Shown one piece after another: positions 26,196 to 37,139 of a stretch of DNA of 46,300 nucleotides. Position numbers and translations under genes: made by a program. This stretch comes from Bdellovibrionales bacterium RIFOXYD12_FULL_39_22. GTDB taxonomy: Bacteria; Bdellovibrionota; Bacteriovoracia; Bacteriovoracales; Bacteriovoracaceae. The notes below the pieces were generated by a model, which did no database searches, was not told the origin of the DNA, and worked only from the letters and a program-made list of their open reading frames with translations. The stretch spans positions 124,001 to 170,300 of the forward strand of contig MEQL01000035.1 in assembly GCA_001770205.1 (NCBI GenBank), written 5' to 3'. Each line of letters starts with the position of its first letter. Positions within the stretch are counted from its first letter, which is position 1.

Positions 26196-28808
26196 ATGCA
26201 GATGAAGAAGTGGTATAAAAAACATATTTTTCTTGTGCTATTAGTTGAATTGTCGCTGGCGTCGATTTCTTCAGCAATGGATCTGGGATATGCCTGTCGA
26301 ACTAACGGTAATTGGACACAGACAGCACTGGAAGAGACTAAAAAATTAATTAAAACCTTCGAGATATTAAAGGATGATCCCAATTGTCGCAGCATAGGAT
26401 TTGAATCGCTTGCGGCCCAACTGGCAGTGGCCGAGGCGCAATTTGAACAGGAGGTTGCGGATTCTCAACAGATAAAACAAGAAAACGCCGAAGCGCAAAA
26501 ACGCAATATTAATGCCCTCCTAAATTCTACCAACAGCAGCGGGATGGAGCGGTCGTCATTACTTGACGTCGCCGTAGGAGTGCATGTTAGTTCGGCCATA
26601 GAAAATAGTGTGGCAACAACGCGGCCAGAAATGCGCAGCTCAACGAGTATTTTTAATATGCTGGGTATGAATACCGGATTGAAGATGGCCGCCAACGATG
26701 TCGTTCGCTTGGTCAATTCCACCATGGCCAATTATTCTAGCTATTCACAATGTCTGGCCAGTGCCCCGAATCTCGGATTGGCCATGATCTCTTCTATGTT
26801 GCGAGTATCTTCAAATATTTTATCTTCAGGATATGCTGATGGTGGCATAAAGATGAGTAACATAATTGATAATTTGATAAATTTTTTGCGAGAAAGCAAG
26901 TTTAGTAAACAGATTAAAAAATTAAGTGAGGTTGAACTTTGGTCTTCTATTACCTGCGCTATGGAGAGTGCTTCCTATAATTATTGCACTATAAAAGGAA
27001 ATTTGCGATTGCTAGAGCGTACGATCAAACGAGGACAAAAAAGTATAGAAGATCAAAAATTGATTTCGGATGAGGTTAGTTTGGTAACCGGGTATTACGT
27101 GTTGACTAGAAATTTACCAAGTATCACCAGTTGGCTTTTTAATTTGCAATTTGGGGTAGAACCTAAAGTTGCTACCGATGGTGACTACAAAAATGGGGTT
27201 TGGACAAATGTTGTTTCAACTATTCAGGCCATTGATACCTTAAATGGATTGTATAACGAGATAAAGGGCAGTATCGACAGTATGAGTAGCGAAATGGAAA
27301 AAAAAGGTATTATTTATAAGCTAGTTGCCATGCTGCAACATACAATGGAGGCGTCGGCTGCAGTAGATGATGTTAGCACGGAAGTAAATTTTTTCTTTAC
27401 TACTATACCCGTAGAGTTTTTGCGTCTCTATTTAGTTGGTTATGACTTGGAGACCATTCCGGATGAGGTGCGGCCAAATGAGAATGGAACAATGCCTATG
27501 GATAGCGATTTTTGGCTAAAAAATGGTGGACAATATCGGCCAGTTTTTGATGATATTCCCAATTTATTAAAAATAGTCAGATCTAGGTTAGATATTTTAA
27601 TTAACAGCGCCGTGATTGGAATGAATCGTTTTTTTGTGCGCAAACTGATTAGTGATAAACCAGGTCTGGTGGCCTCTGCTTTTATTCATAATGCGATGAG
27701 TACTTCAGCGTATGATAGTTTTTTGTATATTCGAGGATATATTAAAAAATTATTAGAGCGAATTGGCCGCTCTAGTTATAGTGATCGACAAATTATTCCG
27801 GTGATGGAAGAGACAATTGCTAAGCTCGACAGAATAGTTGAGGTATTTGATAGTTACTTGAAGGAAAAAAGCAACAACGAAATAGAGGCAGAATGGAGAT
27901 ATGAGAAAATTATCAATACCGTATTTGATACTTTGAATATTTTAATTCAAAAAGATACACTGTTGGCCAATCGAATTGCTACCTTTGTTTACTATGATTA
28001 CTATCTAAGTACCATGGAAAGTGTTGGGCCGCATACTTTCGAGCAGCAATTGATGATTATCTCTAATCAAGAAATGTTAGAAAAACTTACACAGGCCAGT
28101 GAGGGAGATAGCGAAGCGGCCTTAACTCGAGAAGACTATGATAATGCGTTGGCCATTTCGATAAAAAATATGAGCGCTTTAGAGAATATTTTTCGAGATA
28201 ATTTTTATGATTATCTGCAAACGACTACAGATGAGGCGCGGGGATTAACCTATCTTGAGCGCACCAGCAGGAATCTTAAACGAGCACTGTATACCGATAT
28301 CCCCGAGGTATTTCGCTGGTCGCCATTAGTCCCTTTTATTGCGGCAGGCAAGGCCCTTTTTAGTTATGACTATCGCTATCAGCGCTATTGGAATAATCCT
28401 TATAGGCCAGAGTATCAGCGCGGGGACAATGATCGTCAATCGCTCAAAAGAAATATTGATAGAACGTGCATTCAACTATTGGCCACTTCTCGGCCAGAAA
28501 TTTTTAGTGAGTTTTGCCAAAACGCCGTGTTGATTTCTCCTTTTTATGAGGCGGCCAGCAATGCGGTGGAGAAGGAAAAATTAGAATATTTAAATGTTCG
28601 CTTTGCTGATTTTATTCGGCCGGCCGTCGGTTCTCAGAAAAAAGATAAAGGGTCGATGGCAGTTAAAAAGAGTTTTGATGATAGGATCTGTGCCTACACG
28701 CACTATCAGAGGAAAAATCAAGTTTACTGGCTTACGTTGCAACATGAACAGATTAAGCAGCGTAAATTGAAAGATAATTTGTATTATCGTAAGGCACAGC
28801 AGGAATAG
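26196..28808 (+). CDS. Large secreted hypothetical protein (870 aa), paralog 2
   Basis: Signal peptide (SSA/MD); full-length colinear similarity to 23522-26149 (e.g. LGY.CRTNGNWTQ.AL, NQVYWLTLQHEQIK). Confidence 0.8.
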   Translation: MQMKKWYKKHIFLVLLVELSLASISSAMDLGYACRTNGNWTQTALEETKKLIKTFEILKDDPNCRSIGFESLAAQLAVAEAQFEQEVADSQQIKQENAEAQKRNINALLNSTNSSGMERSSLLDVAVGVHVSSAIENSVATTRPEMRSSTSIFNMLGMNTGLKMAANDVVRLVNSTMANYSSYSQCLASAPNLGLAMISSMLRVSSNILSSGYADGGIKMSNIIDNLINFLRESKFSKQIKKLSEVELWSSITCAMESASYNYCTIKGNLRLLERTIKRGQKSIEDQKLISDEVSLVTGYYVLTRNLPSITSWLFNLQFGVEPKVATDGDYKNGVWTNVVSTIQAIDTLNGLYNEIKGSIDSMSSEMEKKGIIYKLVAMLQHTMEASAAVDDVSTEVNFFFTTIPVEFLRLYLVGYDLETIPDEVRPNENGTMPMDSDFWLKNGGQYRPVFDDIPNLLKIVRSRLDILINSAVIGMNRFFVRKLISDKPGLVASAFIHNAMSTSAYDSFLYIRGYIKKLLERIGRSSYSDRQIIPVMEETIAKLDRIVEVFDSYLKEKSNNEIEAEWRYEKIINTVFDTLNILIQKDTLLANRIATFVYYDYYLSTMESVGPHTFEQQLMIISNQEMLEKLTQASEGDSEAALTREDYDNALAISIKNMSALENIFRDNFYDYLQTTTDEARGLTYLERTSRNLKRALYTDIPEVFRWSPLVPFIAAGKALFSYDYRYQRYWNNPYRPEYQRGDNDRQSLKRNIDRTCIQLLATSRPEIFSEFCQNAVLISPFYEAASNAVEKEKLEYLNVRFADFIRPAVGSQKKDKGSMAVKKSFDDRICAYTHYQRKNQVYWLTLQHEQIKQRKLKDNLYYRKAQQE

Positions 28809-28970
28809 GTAAATTAAAATAGTAACATTAATAAAGTAGGAACAGATTAGCAGCGGCATGTAAGAGGTGCAATACTCTGAAGTTTATAGTTGTCATAACC
28901 AAAAAAAGGCATTAAAAAATCATAAATCGCTTTTTTCTGGACTTTTTTATTAACTTAACTTGGAGAATTT

Positions 28971-29141
28971 ATGGCCCACAAAATTACTGAAGACTGTACC
29001 TCCTGTGGCGCTTGCGCCGCCGATTGCAAAGTAGAAGCAATTTCTGAAGGTGATACCACCTATAAAATTGATCCTGCTTTATGTACTGATTGTGGAGATT
29101 GTGCAGACACTTGCCCAACCGAAGCAATTATTAAAGGTTAA
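28971..29141 (+). CDS. 2[4Fe-4S] ferredoxin (56 aa), not in the ORF track
   Basis: Manual translation: MAHKITEDCTSCGACAADCKVEAISEGDTTYKIDPALCTDCGDCADTCPTEAIIKG; two CxxCxxCxxxC motifs; GGAG RBS. Confidence 0.95.
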   Translation: MAHKITEDCTSCGACAADCKVEAISEGDTTYKIDPALCTDCGDCADTCPTEAIIKG

Positions 29142-29150
29142 TTATTTCTT

Positions 29151-29199
29151 AAGGCCACGGATGCCGATGTTAATGAACTTTCGTGGCCTTTTTTGTTTT
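29151..29199 (+). terminator. Intrinsic terminator after ferredoxin
   Basis: AAGGCCACG...CGTGGCCTT stem followed by TTTTGTTTT. Confidence 0.7.
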
Positions 29200-29238
29200 T
29201 ATTTTAATTTTGACATTTTAGAGTGCTGAGATTTTATC

Positions 29239-29802
29239 ATGGATTTAGATACAGCTATTTTTAAACGTCGCTCCGTCCGTAAATTTACTGAGGAGTACGT
29301 CTCTGATTCAGATATAAAGCAACTAATAGATGCTGCACGCTGGGCCCCTTCTTGGGCCAATACACAGTCTTGGGATTTTATTGTTCTGCGCGATAGCCAA
29401 CTAATGGCACAAATCACGGAGCTATATTCTGAGCGAAATCCGGCCCGTTCTTGTTCTTTGTCATGTAATGCAATGTTGGTGGTGTGCGCTAGGATGAAAA
29501 ATGCAGGCCATAAAATGGGAGTAGGACTAACCAAATTTAAAGAATGGTTTATGTTTGACATCGGGTGTTGCGTGCAAAATATCTCTCTAAAGGCCTATGA
29601 GTTAGGACTTGGGTCCGTCATAGTTGGACATCTCGATCATGAGAAGGCCAATCGACTTCTAAATTTACCAGCAAATTATGAGGTAGTAGTCACCATACCA
29701 CTAGGACATCCAGTAGAGAAAGATAAGGCCCCACCTCCGCGACGAGAGATCGGAGAGATGCTTTATCTGAACCAATTTGGCGAAAAATTTATTAAGGAGT
29801 AA
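29239..29802 (+). CDS. Nitroreductase family protein
   Basis: [34 protein letters not shown]. Confidence 0.92.
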   Translation: MDLDTAIFKRRSVRKFTEEYVSDSDIKQLIDAARWAPSWANTQSWDFIVLRDSQLMAQITELYSERNPARSCSLSCNAMLVVCARMKNAGHKMGVGLTKFKEWFMFDIGCCVQNISLKAYELGLGSVIVGHLDHEKANRLLNLPANYEVVVTIPLGHPVEKDKAPPPRREIGEMLYLNQFGEKFIKE

Positions 29803-29804
29803 GG

Positions 29805-31433
29805 ATGAGTGTTATTCAACTTAGTTCATGGAAGAAATTGCAATCGCATTTTGCGGAGATGAGAGCTGTTTCTATCGGGGATCTTTTTGCTAAGGAGACT
29901 GCGCGAGGTGATGATTATAAAATTGAGGCCGAAGGCCTCTATGTCGATTACTCCAAACATCGTTTAAATCAAACCACGCTCTCTTTACTTTTAGATCTTG
30001 CTAGAGAGCGAAAATTGGCAGAGGCCATTGAGGCGATGTTTTCAGGATTATCCATTAACAGAACTGAAAATCGTCCGGTGTTACACGTGGCATTGCGTAA
30101 TCGTTCTCAGAATCCTATTTTTGTTGAGGGAAAGGATGTAATGCCAAAAGTGCGGGCCGTCTTGGCCCAGATGGCCGCCTTTTCCGACAAAGTGCGATCG
30201 GGGGAGTGGTGTGGTTTTACTGGGAAGAAAATTAGAAACGTTATAAATATTGGGATTGGCGGGTCTGATCTTGGGCCGGTGATGGTGACAGAGGCGTTAA
30301 AATTTTACTCGGATCGATCAATTACCGTTAATTTTGTTTCTAATATCGATGGCACACATTTGGCGGAATGTTTACAGGGAAAAGATCCATCGGAAACACT
30401 ATTTATTGTTGCCTCCAAAACTTTTACTACTCAAGAGACGATGACAAACGCCAACAGCGCTAAACGTTGGTTGTTAGAAAAATTGTTATCTCCCAAAGCT
30501 GTGGCCAACCATTTTGTGGCCTTATCTACCAATAAAGAGGCGGTGGAGAAGTTTGGAATTAATTCAGAAAATATGTTTGTTTTTTGGGATTGGGTAGGGG
30601 GAAGATATTCGCTGACTTCGGCCATCGGTTTGCCGATTATGATTGCCATTGGTGCAGATAATTTTGCGAAGCTATTAGATGGATATCACGCTATGGATAA
30701 TCATTTTCGCTACGCTCCTTTTGAAAAAAATATTCCTATTCTTTTGGGTATGATTGGAGTTTGGTACAACAACTTTTGGCAGGCAGAAACGCAGGCCATT
30801 TTACCATACGATCAATATCTCCATCGCTTCGCTGCCTATTTTCAACAAGGTGATATGGAGAGCAATGGAAAGTCTACCGATCAAGAAGGAAAGCGTGTGG
30901 ATTATCAAACCGGGCCGATTATTTGGGGAGAGCCAGGAACAAATGGACAACATGCTTTTTATCAACTGATTCATCAAGGAACCAAATTGATTCCCTGTGA
31001 TTTTATAGGTTTTGTTAATTCACTTAATCCGTTGGGAGATCATCATAATAAATTGATGGCAAATTTCTTTGCGCAAACAGAGGCCTTGGCATTTGGAAAG
31101 AGTAAGGTTTCAGTAGAATTGGAAGAGAAAAACAAGGACCTGGTTCCTTTTAAGGTTTTTGAAGGGAATCGCCCAACGACATCCATTATGGCCGAACGCC
31201 TGACACCAGAAGTCTTAGGTAAGTTGATTGCCTTGTATGAACATAAGATTTTTGTTCAGGGAGTAATTTGGAATATTTTTTCTTTTGATCAATGGGGTGT
31301 TCAGCTTGGCAAAGTTTTAGCGGACAAGATTTTGGGAGAACTTACTTCCGAGGAGATGGTTGAGTTTAAACATGATTCTTCCACTAATGCGCTTTTAAAA
31401 TATTATAAAAATTATCGGCAACAGCGTTCATGA
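29805..31433 (+). CDS. pgi: Glucose-6-phosphate isomerase
   Basis: [52 protein letters not shown]. Confidence 0.97.
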   Translation: MSVIQLSSWKKLQSHFAEMRAVSIGDLFAKETARGDDYKIEAEGLYVDYSKHRLNQTTLSLLLDLARERKLAEAIEAMFSGLSINRTENRPVLHVALRNRSQNPIFVEGKDVMPKVRAVLAQMAAFSDKVRSGEWCGFTGKKIRNVINIGIGGSDLGPVMVTEALKFYSDRSITVNFVSNIDGTHLAECLQGKDPSETLFIVASKTFTTQETMTNANSAKRWLLEKLLSPKAVANHFVALSTNKEAVEKFGINSENMFVFWDWVGGRYSLTSAIGLPIMIAIGADNFAKLLDGYHAMDNHFRYAPFEKNIPILLGMIGVWYNNFWQAETQAILPYDQYLHRFAAYFQQGDMESNGKSTDQEGKRVDYQTGPIIWGEPGTNGQHAFYQLIHQGTKLIPCDFIGFVNSLNPLGDHHNKLMANFFAQTEALAFGKSKVSVELEEKNKDLVPFKVFEGNRPTTSIMAERLTPEVLGKLIALYEHKIFVQGVIWNIFSFDQWGVQLGKVLADKILGELTSEEMVEFKHDSSTNALLKYYKNYRQQRS

Positions 31434-32098
31434 TCCACTATGTTATTAGCACTAATCCCGATGATCGAGTGTTACAACGCGCAACTTATGCGTTATCGGA
31501 AGGTGGACTTATTGCTTTTCCAACGGATTCTAGTTGGGTAATTGCGGCCTCGCCTATGTCAAAAGTGGCGGTAGAACGCTTGTATAAGTTGAAAAATGTT
31601 GATCACCATAAACACTTTTCTCTTTTGTGTAACACGATTGCCCAGGCCAGTCGTTATGCTTTCATTTCTGACGCAGTATACAAGCGTATCAGAAACAAAT
31701 TACCGGGCCCCTATACTTTTGTTTTTACTCCAACTAATGATTTGCCACGCTCTATTCGTGACTATAAGAAGGAAAAAGAGATCGGCATTCGTATTCCGGC
31801 CTCTGTTTTAGCTGCGCGCTTGGTAGATTATCTAAAACAACCACTACTAGCGACATCTATTTCTAAACATATGATTCCAGAGTTAGCAGAAGAAGAGGCG
31901 GAAGAGTCATGGCCTGCGGGCAAATATGATATTTATAGTTATCAAATTGAAGAGGCCTTGGGCCATTTGTTGGCCATGATCATTGATCCTGGTGATTTTG
32001 AATTCAAAGGCCCCAGTTCTGTGGTGGATTTTTCTAAAGATCCATTCATTCCAGTAATTTTGCGTGAGGGAATAGGGGAGATTGAAAGCTTTCTTTGA
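31430..32098 (+). CDS. yciO: Sua5/YciO/YrdC family protein (YciO-like)
   Basis: IAFPTDS, LPGPYTF, IGIRIP, PLLATS, PSSVVD, LREG.G. Confidence 0.8.
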   Translation: MIHYVISTNPDDRVLQRATYALSEGGLIAFPTDSSWVIAASPMSKVAVERLYKLKNVDHHKHFSLLCNTIAQASRYAFISDAVYKRIRNKLPGPYTFVFTPTNDLPRSIRDYKKEKEIGIRIPASVLAARLVDYLKQPLLATSISKHMIPELAEEEAEESWPAGKYDIYSYQIEEALGHLLAMIIDPGDFEFKGPSSVVDFSKDPFIPVILREGIGEIESFL

Positions 32099-32161
32099 TT
32101 TTTGAAGTAAATCATCCTAGAATGGGGAAAAATATTTGTGGCGATTTATAAGAGGTATAAA

Positions 32162-32968
32162 ATGGGTAACCAAAATGCGGACAATGGTATTGGGGGAGTA
32201 AATGCCGAGCAAGGAGAGCTTGCTGAAACTAATACCAATCAGTGGGATAAGAAAAAAATAATTCGCGAAGTTCGTTCAATTATTTTAATCGTGGTGATTG
32301 TTTTCTCATTACGTTCTATGTTTTATGAGCCATTTAGGATTCCCACTGGCTCTATGATTCCTACTTTTATGATTGGCGATTTTATTTTGGTTAATAAATT
32401 TGCCTACGGACTGAAGCTCCCATTTTCCGAAATGTTCACTAATCCTATTTACCTAACCACTCCCAAAGATCCACAACGTGGGGATATTATAGTTTTTAAA
32501 TATCCAGAAAATCCCGATGTAAATTATATCAAACGCTTAATCGGAGTACCAGGTGATGAGATCGAAATCATTGATAAGGTGGTCTATATCAATGATCGTC
32601 CATTGCCTGCGATTAAATTTGATGGCCAAGAAATTATGCAGGATATGGATGATAAGTTTAAGGAGTATAATTTAGAATTTTTTAATTCGGAAACTGGAAC
32701 GCACAAGCATGTTATTCAACAGGTCGCAGGTATTTATACCAATCAGGGTTCAAATATTCCGCGTTTTCGCGTTCCGCCCGGAAAATATTTTGCGATGGGT
32801 GATAATCGGGATTTTTCTGCTGACTCTCGTTTTTGGGGATTTGTCCCGGCCGAAAATATTAAAGGCCGTGCCTTGGCAGTTTGGTTTTCGCTTGCCTTTG
32901 CAGATTCAACAGTGCCTGACTCAACCATGAAGCTTCGTTGGCGGCGCATTGGAACAGTTGTAGATTAG
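32162..32968 (+). CDS. lepB: Signal peptidase I
   Basis: IPTGSMIPT (Ser), YIKRLIG (Lys), MGDNRDFSADSRFWG. The ATG at 32162 is preferred over the GTG at 32138. Confidence 0.95.
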   Translation: MGNQNADNGIGGVNAEQGELAETNTNQWDKKKIIREVRSIILIVVIVFSLRSMFYEPFRIPTGSMIPTFMIGDFILVNKFAYGLKLPFSEMFTNPIYLTTPKDPQRGDIIVFKYPENPDVNYIKRLIGVPGDEIEIIDKVVYINDRPLPAIKFDGQEIMQDMDDKFKEYNLEFFNSETGTHKHVIQQVAGIYTNQGSNIPRFRVPPGKYFAMGDNRDFSADSRFWGFVPAENIKGRALAVWFSLAFADSTVPDSTMKLRWRRIGTVVD

Positions 32969-32971
32969 GCC

Positions 32972-33589
32972 ATGGTGACGATATATCAGCTAAAAGGACA
33001 ATTTCAGGATATTTTGCGTCCGCTTGTGCATAAACTGCATGCTCGCCAGATTACTCCTAATCAAGTTACAATTTATACTTGCTTGGCATCAGTTTGGGTG
33101 GGGATGATGCTTTTACTGTTACCTTCTAGTCGGGCCATGTTACTTTTTATTCCGTTTTTTATGTTTATTCGAATGGCGTTAAATGCCATAGACGGGATGT
33201 TGGCCAAAGAGTTTAATCAACAATCTAATTTGGGTGCTGTTTTAAACGAAATAACTGACGTGGTGTCGGATATGGCCCTTTATTTGCCATTTGCCGCCCA
33301 TCCTGAGGTCAATGGGGTGGCCGTCGTGGCAGTTGTGATGTTGGCCATCTTATCAGAAATGGCCGGGCTTATTCCGGTTTTAATTGGTGTTAAACGTAGG
33401 TTTGATGGCCCGATGGGGAAGAGTGATCGAGCTTTCGTTTTTGGCCTAGTGGCATTGCTTTTGGCCTTTTTTGGAAAGTCGATTCTGATAACCTTTATTG
33501 TAAATGGTATTTTTATAATTACCCTACTGCTACTGATTGGTACGGTGGTTAATAGACTCTATTTGGCACTAGTGGAGTCTTCCAGATGA
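32972..33589 (+). CDS. CDP-alcohol phosphatidyltransferase (YnbA-like)
   Basis: TPNQVT, RMALNAIDGMLA..LGAVLNE..DVVSD, GPMGKSDRA. Confidence 0.88.
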   Translation: MVTIYQLKGQFQDILRPLVHKLHARQITPNQVTIYTCLASVWVGMMLLLLPSSRAMLLFIPFFMFIRMALNAIDGMLAKEFNQQSNLGAVLNEITDVVSDMALYLPFAAHPEVNGVAVVAVVMLAILSEMAGLIPVLIGVKRRFDGPMGKSDRAFVFGLVALLLAFFGKSILITFIVNGIFIITLLLLIGTVVNRLYLALVESSR

Positions 33590-34401
33590 ATGCAAGGCGT
33601 ATTATTAGTTGGTCGACCACTTTTTTTGCGGCCTTCGCTCTATCGATGTTTTTAGCAGCGATCGTTACTGCCTATAACTATTATTCGGCCTTTACCGCAG
33701 ACATTGATCGATTACAAAATGGCCATCCTGTTTGGCGTGATGGAAAGTTAATAGCGATTCAGAAAAAAGTACCCAAAGGGTGGATTCGCGCGAGCAGGAT
33801 AGATCATGAAGTAAAAATGGCCATTGTTATTAGTGAGGATTGGGGTTTTTTTGGCCATAACGGGATAGATGTTATTCAGATAAAAGAGGCAGTTTGGGAA
33901 ACATTAATCTATTCCGAACGATTGCGTGGTGCGAGTACAATTACTCAACAGGTAGTTAAGAATTTATTTTTGACCAATGAACGTAGTTATGTTCGTAAGT
34001 TTGTGGAAATTATTGGTGCACTATATATGGATAAGGCCCTTTCCAAAAATCAGATATTGGAAATTTATCTTAATATTGCGCAATTTGGTGATCATCTTTA
34101 TGGTATTTCGGATGCCGCCCATCACTACTTTCAAAAGAGTGCAGGGGAGCTGACAGTAAGAGAAGGGGCCTTCTTGGCCATGTTATTGCCCAATCCGGTA
34201 AAGTATTCTCAATCTTATAGAAGAAGGGAGCTTTCTCGTTATGCTCTTAATACAATTAATTCTATCTTGAAGAAAATGAGGAGTGCGCATATTTTAGATG
34301 AAGAGAATATGGAAGAAGCACTAGGAAGTCATTTTGAGTGGGAAGATAATATCAGTGAGGAATTGCATTTTCCTTGGAGTAAATTCAAAATTAATATCTA
34401 A
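33586..34401 (+). CDS. mtgA: Monofunctional peptidoglycan transglycosylase (GT51)
   Basis: SEDWGFFGHNGID, RGASTITQQVVKNLFL, RKFVE, ILEIYLN, LPNP. Confidence 0.88.
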   Translation: MNARRIISWSTTFFAAFALSMFLAAIVTAYNYYSAFTADIDRLQNGHPVWRDGKLIAIQKKVPKGWIRASRIDHEVKMAIVISEDWGFFGHNGIDVIQIKEAVWETLIYSERLRGASTITQQVVKNLFLTNERSYVRKFVEIIGALYMDKALSKNQILEIYLNIAQFGDHLYGISDAAHHYFQKSAGELTVREGAFLAMLLPNPVKYSQSYRRRELSRYALNTINSILKKMRSAHILDEENMEEALGSHFEWEDNISEELHFPWSKFKINI

Positions 34402-34563
34402 AAAATAGTGGCGGTTTTAACAATCATAGAATCGACGCTTCAAATTCCTTTTTTCCACGTCGACAAGATGTGCTCAATGTCTCTTCAGGTTTATTCTATA
34501 TGGGTGCCAATCTTTTTATTAGTGATATTTTCTTACAATTTGTTACCGGTTTGCTAAAGACGG

Positions 34564-35574
34564 TCAGGTATTGTTACGTCGAATCTGTAGGTATGAATTT
34601 ACAGTAGATTTTATGCTTTCCTCTATACTGATTTTATAGGTAGCATTTAAATCTGTTTGAGATTTTTGAGGTGAACAAACCCACCCGCTTTGGGCCAGTT
34701 CAGTTACTTTATCGTTGGTAATTCTTATTTTTATCTTCATGCCTAATCTGTTTAGTAAAAATAATATTAGGGCAAAAAGGTGCAATATAATAATCGGAAT
34801 ATGGATGGCCTTTAGCCTCACCATGCTTAAATTTTTTTGAATCTCAGTCACAATTTTTTCAAAAGTTACCGGCGTAGGATTAGCTATAAAATAAATATCA
34901 AAGGGTAATCTATTTTTAGAGGTTATTGCCTTAATAGTGTTTTCTACCAGATCTTCAATGGCAACAAAACTATAGAGTTTACTATTCCCTTCTTTACCTG
35001 GGTAGATTGCTAAACCTTTTTCAATCATCTCAATTAACTCGAAAAAAGCATCATCTTCGGCCCCAACAATAATGGGAGGGCGAAGAATAATGTTCTGCCA
35101 GGTTTTTGGAGTATTGTCGCGAATAACTAGTTCGGCCAAGAATTTAGATTGGCCATAATCATTTATAGGGCCATATCCATCCTTTTCATTTAAGACTTCA
35201 CGGTGTTTTCTGGCCGGGCCACTTACCGCAAGAGAGGAGATTAGCACGAATGTCAATTTTTTATAGCGGAATGAAAGCTCACGAACGAGGACATTTGTTC
35301 CATCAAAATTAGTTTCATAGTAATCTTTTGCCCTAAAACTATGCACTACCGCTGCAGTGTGAATAATAAGATCTAAATCATCAGGAAGTTTTTTTACCCA
35401 CAGGGGAATGGACGATATTGAAAAGTCCCCTTCAATTAATGTTCCTGGGATTTTTAGTTTATTAAACTTTTCGAGATTTCGGGCCTGAGCAAATATTTGA
35501 TGGCCCTCTTGGATTAAGTGTTTGCAGAGATTTTTTCCGACAAAACCTGTCGCCCCTGTGACTAATATTTTCAC
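34564..35574 (-). CDS. NAD-dependent epimerase/dehydratase (extended SDR); candidate ceramide/3-ketosphinganine reductase
   Basis: TGATGFVG, ISS, YGQSK, LRPP; starts 2 nt downstream of the spt stop. Confidence 0.8.
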   Translation of the reverse strand: MKILVTGATGFVGKNLCKHLIQEGHQIFAQARNLEKFNKLKIPGTLIEGDFSISSIPLWVKKLPDDLDLIIHTAAVVHSFRAKDYYETNFDGTNVLVRELSFRYKKLTFVLISSLAVSGPARKHREVLNEKDGYGPINDYGQSKFLAELVIRDNTPKTWQNIILRPPIIVGAEDDAFFELIEMIEKGLAIYPGKEGNSKLYSFVAIEDLVENTIKAITSKNRLPFDIYFIANPTPVTFEKIVTEIQKNLSMVRLKAIHIPIIILHLFALILFLLNRLGMKIKIRITNDKVTELAQSGWVCSPQKSQTDLNATYKISIEESIKSTVNSYLQIRRNNT

Positions 35575-35576
35575 AA

Positions 35577-36788
35577 TTAGTGGTAGATCGAAGGAATATC
35601 AAACTCTTTTTTTGCCTTGGCAAAGACTTCTAATACGCGAGTGAGATCCTCAACATTGTGGGTTGCCATATAACTTGTTCGAATTAACGCATCACCAGAT
35701 GGAACTGCCGGTGGAATGACCGGCGTGGCAAAAATTCCATGCTCGTATAGGAAGTTAGTTATTTGCATGGCCTTCAGGTCATCACCAACAAAAATGGGAA
35801 TAATTGGAGTTTGAGAGTTATAAGTATAGACACCAATGTCTCTAAAACCTTTACGCATAAAATCGACATTTTTCCATAGTGATGGAAGAATAGTTTTATC
35901 TACATTTAAAACGTCCAAACAGGCAGAAACGGTGGCGACTGCCGCCGGTGGCATAGATGCTGAGAACATAAAAGACCTGGCAGTATGCTTTAGATAATCG
36001 ATGGCCATTTTAGGCCCTGAGACGAAGCCACCAATGGAAGCAAAAGATTTTGAAAAGGTCCCCATGTTGAAATGCACTTTATCTAGCATATCAAAATGAG
36101 CAACAGTCCCCCGTCCATCTGGGCCTAATACACCTAGGCCGTGAGCGTCATCGATATAAATCATTGCACCATATTTTTCGGCCAATTTAACTGCTTCGGG
36201 AAGATTAAAAATATCGCCAGTCATGGAAAAAACACCATCTGCAACAATCATCATGTTTTGGTATTTTTCAGCATTTGCCGCTAGTTGTTCTTCTAGAGAT
36301 TGCATATTATTGTGTTTGAATTTATAGGTAGTGGCAAAGCTTAAACGAGAAGCATCAACGATAGAGGCATGATTTTCAGAGTCAAAGAGCATGCAATCCT
36401 TAGGTCCACAGAGAGAGGAAATGGCACCAAGATTTGATTGCATTCCAGTAGAAAATATTAAACAGGACTCATGGCCTACATACTTGGCCAATTTTTCTTC
36501 TAAAATTTCGTGAATTTCCAAGTTCCCATTTAAAAAGCGCGAACCAGTACAGCCAGTTCCGTATTTTTTGGTAGCAACAACGGTGGCCTCTACCACATGC
36601 GGGTGGTGGGTCAGCCCTAAATAGTTATTAGAGCCAATCATGATTAACTCTTTATTATTCACGGTAACTCTGTTGGCCGCCGAGGATTGAATGGATCTAA
36701 AGAAAGGGTAAAGATTTTTTTGTTTTAAGAAGTCACGTTTTTGAAGAACTTTGCTTTTGCCGTAAGAAATAATTGCTTCTACATTCAT
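35577..36788 (-). CDS. spt: Serine palmitoyltransferase (alpha-oxoamine synthase family)
   Basis: GSNNYLGL, GTGCTGSRFLNG, NHAS, DDAHG, GTFSKSF (PLP Lys). The GSRFLNG/GTFSKS combination fits bacterial SPT better than BioF or Kbl. Confidence 0.78.
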   Translation of the reverse strand: MNVEAIISYGKSKVLQKRDFLKQKNLYPFFRSIQSSAANRVTVNNKELIMIGSNNYLGLTHHPHVVEATVVATKKYGTGCTGSRFLNGNLEIHEILEEKLAKYVGHESCLIFSTGMQSNLGAISSLCGPKDCMLFDSENHASIVDASRLSFATTYKFKHNNMQSLEEQLAANAEKYQNMMIVADGVFSMTGDIFNLPEAVKLAEKYGAMIYIDDAHGLGVLGPDGRGTVAHFDMLDKVHFNMGTFSKSFASIGGFVSGPKMAIDYLKHTARSFMFSASMPPAAVATVSACLDVLNVDKTILPSLWKNVDFMRKGFRDIGVYTYNSQTPIIPIFVGDDLKAMQITNFLYEHGIFATPVIPPAVPSGDALIRTSYMATHNVEDLTRVLEVFAKAKKEFDIPSIYH

Positions 36789-37139
36789 GTTTTTTCTCTA
36801 GGTTGTTTGTTAAGTTGATATTATGTTCAATCCATTTACTATTTTAGGGTGGCCACTAATACCGCTTATTGATTTTTTCGTCAATAAAACTATCCGGCCG
36901 TGAAAATAATATCTACGTCCTTTAAGTTGTTATTAAATCGGAACTGATTTTACACTATGTGCCACGAACAATAAAGCAAAATTCATGAAAAATAGTCATG
37001 GTCAAATTTTTTATTTGCCAGATCGAAAAAGTTGGTTCTCCCGAGTATAGATGACGGAACAGAATATGCCTTGTCTCTTTGACAAACATCTCTTACTCTC
37101 AATTGGACTTTTTTTATATTGTTGAGAGGAGAGTGTACG

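Noticed and set aside
36866..36887. TTATTGA-N8-TCAATAA palindrome between spt and pepN as an FNR box
   Set aside because: Spacing is 2 nt longer than the FNR consensus; an AT-rich palindrome with no assignable regulator.
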